Origin: Candidatus Omnitrophota bacterium
GTDB taxonomy: Bacteria > Omnitrophota > Gorgyraeia > Duberdicusellales > 4484-171
Assembly (NCBI GenBank): GCA_037146775.1
Contig: JBAWWL010000002.1
Span: 21,935-85,934, forward strand
Length of the DNA: 64,000 nt
Direction of reading: 5' to 3'
A program made the position numbers and the translations under genes. Below, piece by piece: positions 9,708 to 19,318 of this stretch; the stretch's first letter is position 1; the number at the start of each line of letters is the position of its first letter. Under the pieces are notes generated by a model. That model saw nothing but the letters and a program-made list of their open reading frames with translations, searched no databases and was not told the DNA's origin.

Positions 9708-12700
9708 ATGGAACACAATAATTCTAATCGTGCTCAATTTCCCGAGGTAGTGGTGGTGGAGGCTTCTGCCGGATCCGGCAAAACGTATGCCCTCGCCAAG
9801 CGCTACCTAGAGCTTCTCATCAACCCTTCTTTGCAGGCTAACCGTATCCTTCTACGTAATATTCTCGCCATCACCTTTACCAACAAGGCTACCGCAGAGA
9901 TGAAAGAAAGAATCTTGGAGTTTTTGAAACGTATCGCCTTAGATGCTTTTGAGGACAAGGAGCAGGAAAAAGAAATTATATGCGCTCTCGGGGTAGATAA
10001 GAAATTGGCCCGTACGCTCGCCAACGATATTATGGAAGAGCTTACCAACAATTACACTTTTTTCCAGGTGCAGACTATTGATAGTTTCATTAATGCTCTT
10101 CTTTTGGGCTGCGCGTTCAATATCGATCGCTCAGCGCGTTTTAAGATTAAGCAGGATTACACTCAATATCTGGCGTATTGCCTGGATGCTGTTATTGACC
10201 TGGCGGCGAGCGATACGCGTATTTTGAAACTTCTTGAAGAGTTCCTCGATCACTACCTCTTCGTGGAAAACAAAAATTCATGGTTTCCTAAAAAAGATAT
10301 TCTATCTTCCATCCAGTCTCTTTTTAAATTACGCAATAAATATGGAGGATCTTTATGCCATTATCAATATAAAAGCCAGGATATTATCAAACAGAAGACT
10401 ATTGTCTTTGATGCCATTCGTCAGCTGTCGCCGGATATCCCGGAAGATTTAAACGGTACCGTAAAAAAATCTATCGTCAGATTTATTGAAAAGGATAAAC
10501 ATGTTTTTGAACTTAAGAGCATCCCCGATAGTTTTAGGTACGCCGATGTCCCGATGAAAAAAGGCAAAATTTCTCCGCCCGCATTCCAACGGCAATGGGA
10601 AGCTATTCATCGGGCAATATGCGTTTTGGTAGAGCTTGATGCAAAGGCTGCCTATGGCCCCTACATCGGGCTTTTTGAAAAAATAGTACAGTGTTTTAAC
10701 GCAATCTGCAAATACGATGATATTTTATTTCTCGGCGAATTAAACTCAAAAGCCAGATTATTATTTTCGGAACAGGGTTTAACTATTGCGGAATTATATT
10801 ACCGCATGGCTACCCGTTTCAGCCACTACCTTATTGATGAATTTCAGGACACAAGTAAATTGCAATGGAAAAACTTGGAAGAAATGGTGAGGGAGGCTAT
10901 TTCAACCGGTGGCTCTTTATTCTATGTAGGCGATAAAAAACAGGCGATATACCGTTTTCGAGGGGGAGAAGCCGAGCTATTCGATGAAGTAAAGGAAGAA
11001 TTCCGTGATTATGTAAAGTTTCATAGCTTGAAGAAAAACTGGCGCAGCCATAAAGCTATTGTTGCCTTTAACAATGAAATATTTTCCAGAGAGAACCTCG
11101 AGCGGGCCGTAACGGCTATGGATATAGACGATGATGCCGGCTCGCGCGAAGAGTTGCTCAAACGTATGCAGAATGTATTTGCCGATGCTCATCAGGAGTG
11201 TAGTCCGGATAAACCATTCGGTTATGTGGCTATAGCGCGTATTGAGGAGAGTAACAAGGAAGAGCGTAACCAAATAGTGAAAGAGAAGATACTTGCGTTA
11301 CTTAAGAAATTACGCGAGCGCTTTTCTTACAAAGATATTGCTGTCCTCTGCCGCGATAACGACGAGGTGGAACTTGTTACTTCCTGGCTTCTGGAGGTGG
11401 GGGTACCGGTTGAATCTGAAAAAACGCTAAGCATAGAAGAAAATGCTTTAATACAGGAACTTGTCTCTTTTTTGAGGTTTCTCTATTCTCCCATAGATGA
11501 CCTTAGTTTTGCTTCCTTTATATTGGGCGATATTTTTGCGACCGCTACGGGAATCAACCGGCAGGATATGATCGATTTTGTGTTTCGGTTGCGCAGGCAA
11601 AGAGTGCATAATACCGATGCAAGTTTGTATAGAAAGTTACGCGAGGCCTATCCGCAAGTTTGGGAAACTTATATCGATGAATTCTTCAGGGGCGTTGGTT
11701 TTGTCTCGCCCTATGAGTTGGTAGTTAGTATTTATCAGCGCTATCGCGTTATGGCGCGATTTCAAGATCATCAGGCATTTTTTATGAAATTTTTAGAACT
11801 GTTAAAGCAGCAAGAAGATGAATGCGCTGGTTTAGGGGAAATGCTCGCTTACTTCGACAATGCGTCGAAAGAGGATTTATATATTAGTGTGGATGAAACC
11901 GATTCTGTGCATGTGCTTACGATCCATAAGTCGAAAGGCTTAGAATTTGGCGTGGTGGTGACGCCATTTTTGAGAATTGATATTGATGCTGAAACGGGAG
12001 AAATTCCCGGCTCGTATGTCACCCAGGAAGACAGTGGTTACGGTTTGGTGCGTATCACCAAAGAGCATAGAAAGTATTCAGAAAATTTGCGGCATATCTA
12101 TAAAGAAGCGTACATAAAAGCCTGCCTTGATGCTTTTAACAGTTTATATGTTGCGCTTACGCGGTCAAAATTCGAGCTGTATATTTTTATTCCCAAAAAA
12201 AGTAAAAATGCGCCCAATAAGGCACGTTGCTTGATACCGGAGGCGATTGTAGAATGTGGAGAAATGATTACCTATGATATCAAAAAAGGGAAAAGCCGTC
12301 CTACACCCATTATGCCGCCTTCCGATTATCGCGATTGGCTCCTGGGGATGCGGGATGAATTTGGCGATGTTCGTTCGTTAAAATATCGTGGCAAGATCCT
12401 CGAAGGCAATATCCTGCATTACGCGCTTTCCTGTATTGGAGATTTGTCTAAGCAGGACAGGCCGGCTGCGATACAAAAAGCTCTCGAAGATACAAAAACA
12501 CAATATCCGTTCATAAAAGATCCTGCTTTGCTTTCCCAGAAAATAACCCATCTTTTGGATAAGGAAGAAATGAGGCCCTTTTTTTACCTACCTTGTGTAA
12601 AGCTTTACAGAGAAAAAGAGATTGTTACCGCAAGCGGCGATACTAAGCGCATAGACCGTTTCATCGTAAAAGAAGATAAGGTGTGGATTGTTGATTATAA

Positions 12701-12842
12701 AAGTTCCCGCGACGGCTATCTAGAGCATCAAAAACAGTTGAAAGAATATATGGAGATTGTCAAAGCTATGTATCCTGCCAAAAGCGTCGAAGGATTTCTG
12801 GTGTATTTGGACGACACGAGTATTGAAGCGATATATGGATAG
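9708..12842 (+). CDS. AddA/RecB-like UvrD-family helicase with C-terminal PD-(D/E)XK nuclease
   Basis: Walker A ASAGSGKTYAL near N-terminus; C-terminal RecB-type nuclease motif (IDRFIV...VDYKSS); 1044 aa. Confidence 0.8.
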   Translation: MEHNNSNRAQFPEVVVVEASAGSGKTYALAKRYLELLINPSLQANRILLRNILAITFTNKATAEMKERILEFLKRIALDAFEDKEQEKEIICALGVDKKLARTLANDIMEELTNNYTFFQVQTIDSFINALLLGCAFNIDRSARFKIKQDYTQYLAYCLDAVIDLAASDTRILKLLEEFLDHYLFVENKNSWFPKKDILSSIQSLFKLRNKYGGSLCHYQYKSQDIIKQKTIVFDAIRQLSPDIPEDLNGTVKKSIVRFIEKDKHVFELKSIPDSFRYADVPMKKGKISPPAFQRQWEAIHRAICVLVELDAKAAYGPYIGLFEKIVQCFNAICKYDDILFLGELNSKARLLFSEQGLTIAELYYRMATRFSHYLIDEFQDTSKLQWKNLEEMVREAISTGGSLFYVGDKKQAIYRFRGGEAELFDEVKEEFRDYVKFHSLKKNWRSHKAIVAFNNEIFSRENLERAVTAMDIDDDAGSREELLKRMQNVFADAHQECSPDKPFGYVAIARIEESNKEERNQIVKEKILALLKKLRERFSYKDIAVLCRDNDEVELVTSWLLEVGVPVESEKTLSIEENALIQELVSFLRFLYSPIDDLSFASFILGDIFATATGINRQDMIDFVFRLRRQRVHNTDASLYRKLREAYPQVWETYIDEFFRGVGFVSPYELVVSIYQRYRVMARFQDHQAFFMKFLELLKQQEDECAGLGEMLAYFDNASKEDLYISVDETDSVHVLTIHKSKGLEFGVVVTPFLRIDIDAETGEIPGSYVTQEDSGYGLVRITKEHRKYSENLRHIYKEAYIKACLDAFNSLYVALTRSKFELYIFIPKKSKNAPNKARCLIPEAIVECGEMITYDIKKGKSRPTPIMPPSDYRDWLLGMRDEFGDVRSLKYRGKILEGNILHYALSCIGDLSKQDRPAAIQKALEDTKTQYPFIKDPALLSQKITHLLDKEEMRPFFYLPCVKLYREKEIVTASGDTKRIDRFIVKEDKVWIVDYKSSRDGYLEHQKQLKEYMEIVKAMYPAKSVEGFLVYLDDTSIEAIYG

Positions 12843-15654
12843 AATAATTACTTATCAGTTGGACGAACATTTCATTGAGAACTTGGCCCAGTTTCTTGTG
12901 AATAACTTTGCTCATCCAGAGAATGATTTCAGCCGAGTGGCCTGCGTGTTTGGGGGGAAGCGCCCGAACTTATTTTTGCGACGCCAGCTTGCCCGTATCA
13001 TCAAAAAGCCATTTTATCCGCCGCCGGTATTCTCAGCGGATGAATTCGTTACCTATATTATTTCGGGTAACCAGCCTATTCCCGCAAAAGACGAATTGGA
13101 CGCCTGTTATCTTATTTATCTTCTTGCGAAGAAAATTTCTCCGGATATTTTAAGAGGCAGAGAGACGTTCAGCGAATTTCTGCCTTGGGCGAGCGAAATT
13201 GTTTCATTTATTGAGCAGCTCGATTTGGAAGCCATCACGAGCGAATCTTTGCGGGTTATCCAAAGCAGCGCACATATAGGCTACGACGTTCCGGAAAACG
13301 TTAATAAACTACTGCAGCATATCATAAAGATAAGAGAAGCCTATCATTGTGCTTTGAAAGAGAAGGGCCAGCTTTCTCGAGGGCTTTTGTATGCGCGCGC
13401 CTGCGAAATAGTCCGCACAAAGTCTTTTGAAGAATTTAACGCGATTATTTTCTGTAATTTCTTTTATATGCACACTACCGAACAGTGCATTATAAAATCA
13501 ATATATGAAAGCGGTAAGGGGGTATGTATATTTCAAGGCAGCGAAGACTCCTGGTCGGTATTAAAAAATAACGCAAAACATTTGGGCGTGCCTATCAAAC
13601 CGCAAAAGGAAGTTGCATCAAAACCAGAACTTAGTATACGCGCCGGTTTTGATTTACATTCTCAGATTTGTTTTGTGCGTGAGACATTAAAGGAAATAAA
13701 AGATCATGGTAATACTGTTATCGTTGTGCCTCGGCCGGAAACCGTGGTGCCATTGCTTTTTGAGATATCGCCGTTTGCCAAAGACTTTAATGTTTCGATG
13801 GGGTACCCTCTGAAGCGAAGTTCGCTTTACGCGCTCTTCAAGGCTATTTTTCAAGCGCAAGAAACGAAAAAAGGCGATACCTATTATACGAGAGACTATT
13901 TAGAAGTATTACATCATCCATTGGTAAAAAATATACGTTTTTTCCAAGATCAAACCATTACCAGGGTTTTAGTCCATAAAGTCGAAGAGGTATTGACAGG
14001 AAAAATCAAAACCGCCTTAGGCGGAAGCCTTTTTATTTCGCTTGCCAGCATTGAAACAATAAATGATATTTGTTATCTTACCCGTGACACACTGCGTAAC
14101 ATGAATATTACGGTCAGTATCGACGAGTTGGCTGTAATAGTAAAAGAATTTCATAAATTATTTTTTTATTCTTGGGACACAATAGCAAATTTCGCAGATT
14201 TTTCCAGGATGCTTGGCAGTATTATCGATGTGCTTCTAGACAAAAGCATGATTGCTTCTTTTCCTTTTAACGTGAAAATTCTTGAAAAGTTTTTGAGCGT
14301 CAAAGAATCGTTTGAAACACTTTCGTTCGGTAATGAGCCGTTTGCTGCTTGTGATATGCGTGAGATATTCTTACGTAAACTCGATGGGGAGAAGATTTCT
14401 TTCGTTGGTTCGCCACTTAAGGGATTGCAAATTCTTGGTTTATTTGAAACACGCTCTTTACATTTCGAGAATGTCATCGTCATGGACGCAAATGAATCAA
14501 TACTGCCAAAACTAAAAATTTATGAGCCCCTCATCCCGCGCGAGGTAATGCTGAACTTAGGCTTGAATCGGCTGGAGAAAGAGGAAGAAATACAGCGGTA
14601 TCAATTTATGAGTCTGCTCGCCGGCGCAAAAAAAGCTTATGTTATTTATGAGGAGAATCAGATAAAGGAAAAAAGCAGGTTTATCGAAGAGCTGCTTTGG
14701 AGGAAACAAAAACAGCTTCAGACGCTTGATGTAGTAGAGGTGCCGAAAGCTGTTTTTAGTCTAGAGCTAAATCGGCAGGAGAAGGTAATTACGAAAAGCA
14801 GCGAGATGCTTGAGGCTTTGCGAAAAGACACGTATTCTGCCAGTCGGCTCAATGTGTATCTCGAATGTCCGTTACAGTTTTACTATAAATACGTACTCGG
14901 CCTTTCTGAGACGGAGGATCTGCTCGATGAGCCGGAAGCCAGAGATGTGGGAGATTTTATCCATGAACTTTTAGAGGTAGCCTTTAGGAAATTTGTCAAT
15001 AAAAAGCCTGTTATCGATAAAGAGTTTAAGGCTTTTTTTTGGAACACGTTTGAAGAAAAGTTTTCTTCAAATATAGAAAAACGTATGAAATCCGACGCTA
15101 TCCTTTTAAAAGGAATTATTAAAGACCGTCTTGGGAAGTTTTTGGAAGAGGAGGCGCGAAGCGACGCAAAAATGATCGTATGCCTTGAAGAAGAATTCAG
15201 GGGTGAACTAGAGTTTTGTTCGGGGGCGTGCAAATTCCTCATGAAAGTCGACAGGATTGATGAGTCAGCGCAAGGCACTCTTAATATCATTGATTATAAA
15301 ACCGGTAAGATTGACCGCGTTCCTAAGCGTCTTGAACAACTTGAGGTTATGGGGTTGAACAGAGAGTCGATCAAAGAAAATATTAAATCATTCCAGTTGC
15401 CGCTATATTACTGTTTTGTCCAGAAAAAATTTCCCGAGAAAGATATTAACGCGTATCTGTACAGTATCCGTAACCTCCAGCGGCACGCTTTTATCGCTCA
15501 GGAAGATTATGGTGACAGAGAGCATCTTATGGAGATTTGCCTGGGGGCGCTTGAGTACATCTATGAGGAGATTATCGACCCGCATATGCCTTTTAACGCG
15601 GATAAAGAAGAAAATCGTTGCCAGGGATGTGCGTTTTCAAGAATGTGCAAATAA
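12838..15654 (+). CDS. AddB-like nuclease subunit (PD-(D/E)XK nuclease with Fe-S cysteines)
   Basis: ATG at 12838 overlaps the addA stop (ATGGATAG); C-terminal nuclease motif (VDRIDES...IIDYKTGK) and terminal CQGCAFSRMC cysteines like the AddB Fe-S staple; degenerate N-terminal Walker A. Confidence 0.72.
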   Translation, partial: DRIITYQLDEHFIENLAQFLVNNFAHPENDFSRVACVFGGKRPNLFLRRQLARIIKKPFYPPPVFSADEFVTYIISGNQPIPAKDELDACYLIYLLAKKISPDILRGRETFSEFLPWASEIVSFIEQLDLEAITSESLRVIQSSAHIGYDVPENVNKLLQHIIKIREAYHCALKEKGQLSRGLLYARACEIVRTKSFEEFNAIIFCNFFYMHTTEQCIIKSIYESGKGVCIFQGSEDSWSVLKNNAKHLGVPIKPQKEVASKPELSIRAGFDLHSQICFVRETLKEIKDHGNTVIVVPRPETVVPLLFEISPFAKDFNVSMGYPLKRSSLYALFKAIFQAQETKKGDTYYTRDYLEVLHHPLVKNIRFFQDQTITRVLVHKVEEVLTGKIKTALGGSLFISLASIETINDICYLTRDTLRNMNITVSIDELAVIVKEFHKLFFYSWDTIANFADFSRMLGSIIDVLLDKSMIASFPFNVKILEKFLSVKESFETLSFGNEPFAACDMREIFLRKLDGEKISFVGSPLKGLQILGLFETRSLHFENVIVMDANESILPKLKIYEPLIPREVMLNLGLNRLEKEEEIQRYQFMSLLAGAKKAYVIYEENQIKEKSRFIEELLWRKQKQLQTLDVVEVPKAVFSLELNRQEKVITKSSEMLEALRKDTYSASRLNVYLECPLQFYYKYVLGLSETEDLLDEPEARDVGDFIHELLEVAFRKFVNKKPVIDKEFKAFFWNTFEEKFSSNIEKRMKSDAILLKGIIKDRLGKFLEEEARSDAKMIVCLEEEFRGELEFCSGACKFLMKVDRIDESAQGTLNIIDYKTGKIDRVPKRLEQLEVMGLNRESIKENIKSFQLPLYYCFVQKKFPEKDINAYLYSIRNLQRHAFIAQEDYGDREHLMEICLGALEYIYEEIIDPHMPFNADKEENRCQGCAFSRMCK

Positions 15655-15975
15655 CCCAGGAAGGAAATGCGTCATAGGAATGGAAGGGCCGATAATATAT
15701 TCAATAGGCTGCTAATCAAGGCCGGCCAGGAACTATCCGAAACAGTTATGGGCAAATTGGTAAGTTGCTCATTGTAACCGGTATGGGGGTGTTAAAAATA
15801 GGCTAAGTTGTCACCTGAAGGCCTGTTTTGATCGCAAAACTTTTCATTCCTAATTTCTTGCTTATAGTGTAAAATAAAATATAACGTGGTTTATGCGCGG
15901 TTTTGTACACGGATTGACTCGTGTTTCCGTGCTCGATTGTAATCAATAATATATTCCGACAAAAAGGAGAATGGT

Positions 15976-16371
15976 ATGGCCAGAAAAGAATTTATCGAAA
16001 AACGTAAGTATATCCGGCTCCATGTAGCCATGAAAGTTGTTGTTCTTTCTGCTGCAAAAAAAGGAGGGGTGCAACCGCAGATGCAAGCGCTTACCAAGGA
16101 TTTGAGCTTTGAGGGGATTTGTTTTGTGGCTGATAGAGCCATCGCCTGCGGTAAAAGTATTCAGTTGTGTATACGTACTACTTCTAAAAATAAGCCGCTT
16201 GTGTTGCGGGGTAAGGTTATGTGGTCGCGATGTTTGAAAAAAGTTTCCGGTAAAGAAAAGTTTGAAATCGGAGTGAAGCTTTTTACTTTCACCGCAGGAG
16301 ATGAGAATAAATTCATCGGATACATCTGTGAAAGGATGACACAATATTTCAGCCCATATCTTCATCTTTAA
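15976..16371 (+). CDS. PilZ-domain protein
   Basis: KRKYIRLHV and DLSFEGICFV PilZ motifs; preceded by a 320-nt non-coding leader. Confidence 0.55.
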   Translation: MARKEFIEKRKYIRLHVAMKVVVLSAAKKGGVQPQMQALTKDLSFEGICFVADRAIACGKSIQLCIRTTSKNKPLVLRGKVMWSRCLKKVSGKEKFEIGVKLFTFTAGDENKFIGYICERMTQYFSPYLHL

Positions 16372-16454
16372 GCTATCCCGGTGTCAAAAACCGTAGCTAA
16401 CGGCGCTCGCATAACAGGATAATTTTCCGTCTGTACATAGAAGCTAAACGTACT

Positions 16455-17261
16455 ATGAAAAAGACAAATACAATCGTCTTGCTTACTGACTTTGGCAAAG
16501 AAAATAATTTTGTTGGGGTGATGAAAGGGGTAATACTGGGGATTAATCCTTGTGTGCAGATGGTTGATCTTACTCATGGTGTTGGCGCTCATGCGCTTGA
16601 GGCGGCGGCATTTATCCTGTGGCAAAGTTTTTCTTATTTTCCCCACCAGACGGTATTTCTCGCGGTAGTTGACCCTGGCGTGGGCTCATTGAGAGCGCCG
16701 CTCGCCGTACAAACCAGGCATTACTTTTTTGTCGGTCCGGATAACGGGATCCTCAGTATGGCCGCTCAAGCTGATGGTATAAAAAAAATAGCGGTATTAC
16801 AGAACGGACGCTACTTTTTAAAGCATATTTCTTCTACTTTTCATGGCCGGGATATATTTGCGCCGGTAGCCGCTTACCTTTCGAGGGGGGTTCCTTTTTC
16901 TAAGATAGGAAAGCGCGTAAACAGTATCAAGGAAATACCTTTTCCTTTACCCGTTATTAAGGAGGATACCTTAGAAGGCAGCATCGTTTATGCTGATACA
17001 TTTGGTAACCTCATAACAAATATAAAAGAAGATGTCTTTAAGAAATTTTTACATGGCCGGACATTTGTTGCATATCTCAAAAATAAGACCATCAAAAAGA
17101 TATATTCATGCTATGCACATGCCCAGATGCGAGAGCCTTTTTTTATCGTGGGCAGTTCTTTATTCCTGGAAATTTCGCTTAAAGTTGCCAGCGCGAAAGA
17201 TTATTTTTCTCTTGGTTATATCGAACAACAAACAATAATAGTTAAAAGTAGAGCAGCTTAG
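16455..17261 (+). CDS. S-adenosyl-L-methionine hydroxide adenosyltransferase (DUF62, SAM hydrolase)
   Basis: LLTDFG...VVDPGVGS...DTFGN fluorinase/chlorinase-family motifs. Confidence 0.75.
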   Translation: MKKTNTIVLLTDFGKENNFVGVMKGVILGINPCVQMVDLTHGVGAHALEAAAFILWQSFSYFPHQTVFLAVVDPGVGSLRAPLAVQTRHYFFVGPDNGILSMAAQADGIKKIAVLQNGRYFLKHISSTFHGRDIFAPVAAYLSRGVPFSKIGKRVNSIKEIPFPLPVIKEDTLEGSIVYADTFGNLITNIKEDVFKKFLHGRTFVAYLKNKTIKKIYSCYAHAQMREPFFIVGSSLFLEISLKVASAKDYFSLGYIEQQTIIVKSRAA

Positions 17262-17265
17262 GTAT

Positions 17266-17991
17266 ATGTTTACTGTTACGGAAAAAATAGAATTAAAAGG
17301 CACCATTAAGGGTATCTATAAAACAATGGGCAGGGCCATAGCTGACTATGGCATGGTTTGCTCCGGCGACCGGGTTCTTGTGGGCGTATCCGGGGGGGTA
17401 GATAGTCTGTCGCTTTTGCAATTATTTAAAATGCGTCAAGAGCGTATTCCTATAGATTTTGAAATAGTTGCCTGTCTGGTAAATACAAATTTCATAAAAG
17501 TCAACCAAGAGGCGCTGGCTGATTACTGCCGTGCGCTGGAAATTGATTTCGTAGTCAAAGAATTGTCGCTTGATGCGGACGAAGTAAATTGTTTCTGGTG
17601 TTCATGGAACAGAAGAAAGATTCTTTTTGAAGTAGCCAGGGACCTTCGATGCAATAAAGTTGCCCTTGGCCATAACCTTGACGATATTGTTGAAACGACG
17701 CTGCTGAATTTATTTTTTTTAGGAGAAATCAGTTCGATGAAACCGAAAGTAGAGCTGTTTGAGGGCAAAGTAACTATTATCCGGCCTCTTTGTTATCTGG
17801 AGAAAACAAAAATTAAAGACTTTGCTTCGCGATTCTCCTTTCCGGTTACCCAGTATGAATGTGCATATGGAAAAGATTCAAGGCGTGCGGCAATGAGAGA
17901 GCTGATTGGACGCTTAGAGTCGGAATATCCTTTTGTGAAAAAAAATATTTTTGGCGCTTTAGGCAGGGTAAAAAAAGACTACCTTCTTTAG
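17266..17991 (+). CDS. PP-loop ATPase, TtcA-like tRNA thiolation protein
   Basis: SGGVDS PP-loop, CxxC motifs (CFWCSW); size and architecture of TtcA/Ncs6. Confidence 0.7.
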   Translation: MFTVTEKIELKGTIKGIYKTMGRAIADYGMVCSGDRVLVGVSGGVDSLSLLQLFKMRQERIPIDFEIVACLVNTNFIKVNQEALADYCRALEIDFVVKELSLDADEVNCFWCSWNRRKILFEVARDLRCNKVALGHNLDDIVETTLLNLFFLGEISSMKPKVELFEGKVTIIRPLCYLEKTKIKDFASRFSFPVTQYECAYGKDSRRAAMRELIGRLESEYPFVKKNIFGALGRVKKDYLL

Positions 17992-17995
17992 ATAT

Positions 17996-18634
17996 ATGCA
18001 AAAAACAGGCAACAAGCCCATGAACATTTTAATTACTGCCGGCCCGACCTGGGTCAAGATTGATGAGGTAAGAATATTAACCAGTATTTTTACCGGAAAA
18101 ACAGGAATGTATATAGCCAGGGCGTTCCATCAAAAAGGGCACCGCGTTACTCTTTTAGGTAATCTTCGCCGGGAGATGGATAGAGGAGTACGGGTTATCC
18201 CTTTTACTTATTTCGAAGACTTTAAGAAAAAAATATGCCGGGAGTTGATGCAGGGCCGTTACGATGTGATTATACACAGTGCCGCGGTGAGCGACTATAT
18301 CTTGCGTAAGCCATTTTCGGGGAAGATTCCTTCGGGTAAAATAGGTTTGGAGGTATCCCTAAAGCCAGCCGAAAAAATCATCAGATTGATTAGAAGATTG
18401 ACAAAAAAAGCCATTATTATCCAATTTAAACTCGAGATAAAACGAAAAGGGCTTTTAGATAAAGCGTACAAGAGCCTTGTGGAAAATAAAAGCGATTTTG
18501 TGGTCGCCAACGCCTTGGAAGATCTCAGGCGGGGTTATCAGGCTTTTATCTTAGATAAAAACAGGAAAATGATCCGCGTTTCTTCAAAGAAAATGCTTAC
18601 AAAAGCGCTAGTTTCGTTAATCAGCGAAAGGTAA
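17996..18634 (+). CDS. coaB: Phosphopantothenate--cysteine ligase (stand-alone CoaB)
   Basis: MNILITAGPTWVKID...GKTGMYIARAFHQKGHRV matches the DFP C-terminal (CoaB) domain; true start may be the internal ATG at 18020. Confidence 0.75.
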   Translation: MQKTGNKPMNILITAGPTWVKIDEVRILTSIFTGKTGMYIARAFHQKGHRVTLLGNLRREMDRGVRVIPFTYFEDFKKKICRELMQGRYDVIIHSAAVSDYILRKPFSGKIPSGKIGLEVSLKPAEKIIRLIRRLTKKAIIIQFKLEIKRKGLLDKAYKSLVENKSDFVVANALEDLRRGYQAFILDKNRKMIRVSSKKMLTKALVSLISER

Positions 18635-18654
18635 TGCTTGCGGTGCGAATACAA

Positions 18655-18683
18655 TTGACATTCATCGTGGAATGGCATAATAT
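18655..18683 (+). promoter_or_regulatory. Sigma70-like promoter TTGACA-17-TAATAT upstream of coaC
   Basis: Consensus -35 hexamer at 18655-18660, 17-nt spacer, TAATAT at 18678-18683. Confidence 0.55.
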
Positions 18684-18753
18684 GATACACAAAATACGTT
18701 CAGTGTGTATGCGAAAAGCAAGCTAGGCATGTGCTTGCTATAACAGGTATTAT

Positions 18754-19296
18754 ATGAAGAAAAACATTCTTTTAGGCGTATGCGGGGGCATTGCTTCCTA
18801 TAAAACGTGCGAGTTGGTTCGCCTGCTGGTGAAAAGCGGATTTTCTGTTAAGGTAATTATGACCGATGCGGCAATTAAATTTGTCTCGCCCCTAGTTTTT
18901 CAAAATCTTTCCGGTAATCCGGTTTACGTGGACATGTTTTCTTTGCTGAAAGACGAAAATATCCAGCATATTAATCTCGCGAAATGGGCACATTTGGTTG
19001 TCCTTGCGCCTTTGTCGGCTAATACACTTTCGAAAATAGCCAATGGTATTTGCGATAATTTACTTACTACCGTTATCTGTGCTTTGCCGCATAGTACGGA
19101 GGTAATTTTAGCTCCGGCCATGAATGAGCAGATGTGGAAAAATCCGATCATTGAGCAGCATGTAAAGAAATTACAGCGGTTAAAAAAATATAAGCTATTA
19201 CAGCCGCAGAAAGGAGAGCTTGCCTGTGGTGACTATGGCGAAGGCAGGATGCCGGAGCCTGAGGCAATATATAAGGTAATTAAGTCTTTGGCTTAA
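18754..19296 (+). CDS. coaC: Phosphopantothenoylcysteine decarboxylase (stand-alone CoaC flavoprotein)
   Basis: LGVCGGIASYKTCELVRLL flavoprotein N-terminus; PAMNEQMW motif. Confidence 0.8.
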   Translation: MKKNILLGVCGGIASYKTCELVRLLVKSGFSVKVIMTDAAIKFVSPLVFQNLSGNPVYVDMFSLLKDENIQHINLAKWAHLVVLAPLSANTLSKIANGICDNLLTTVICALPHSTEVILAPAMNEQMWKNPIIEQHVKKLQRLKKYKLLQPQKGELACGDYGEGRMPEPEAIYKVIKSLA

Positions 19297-19318
19297 ATTA
19301 CCTCTACCCAACTATCGT

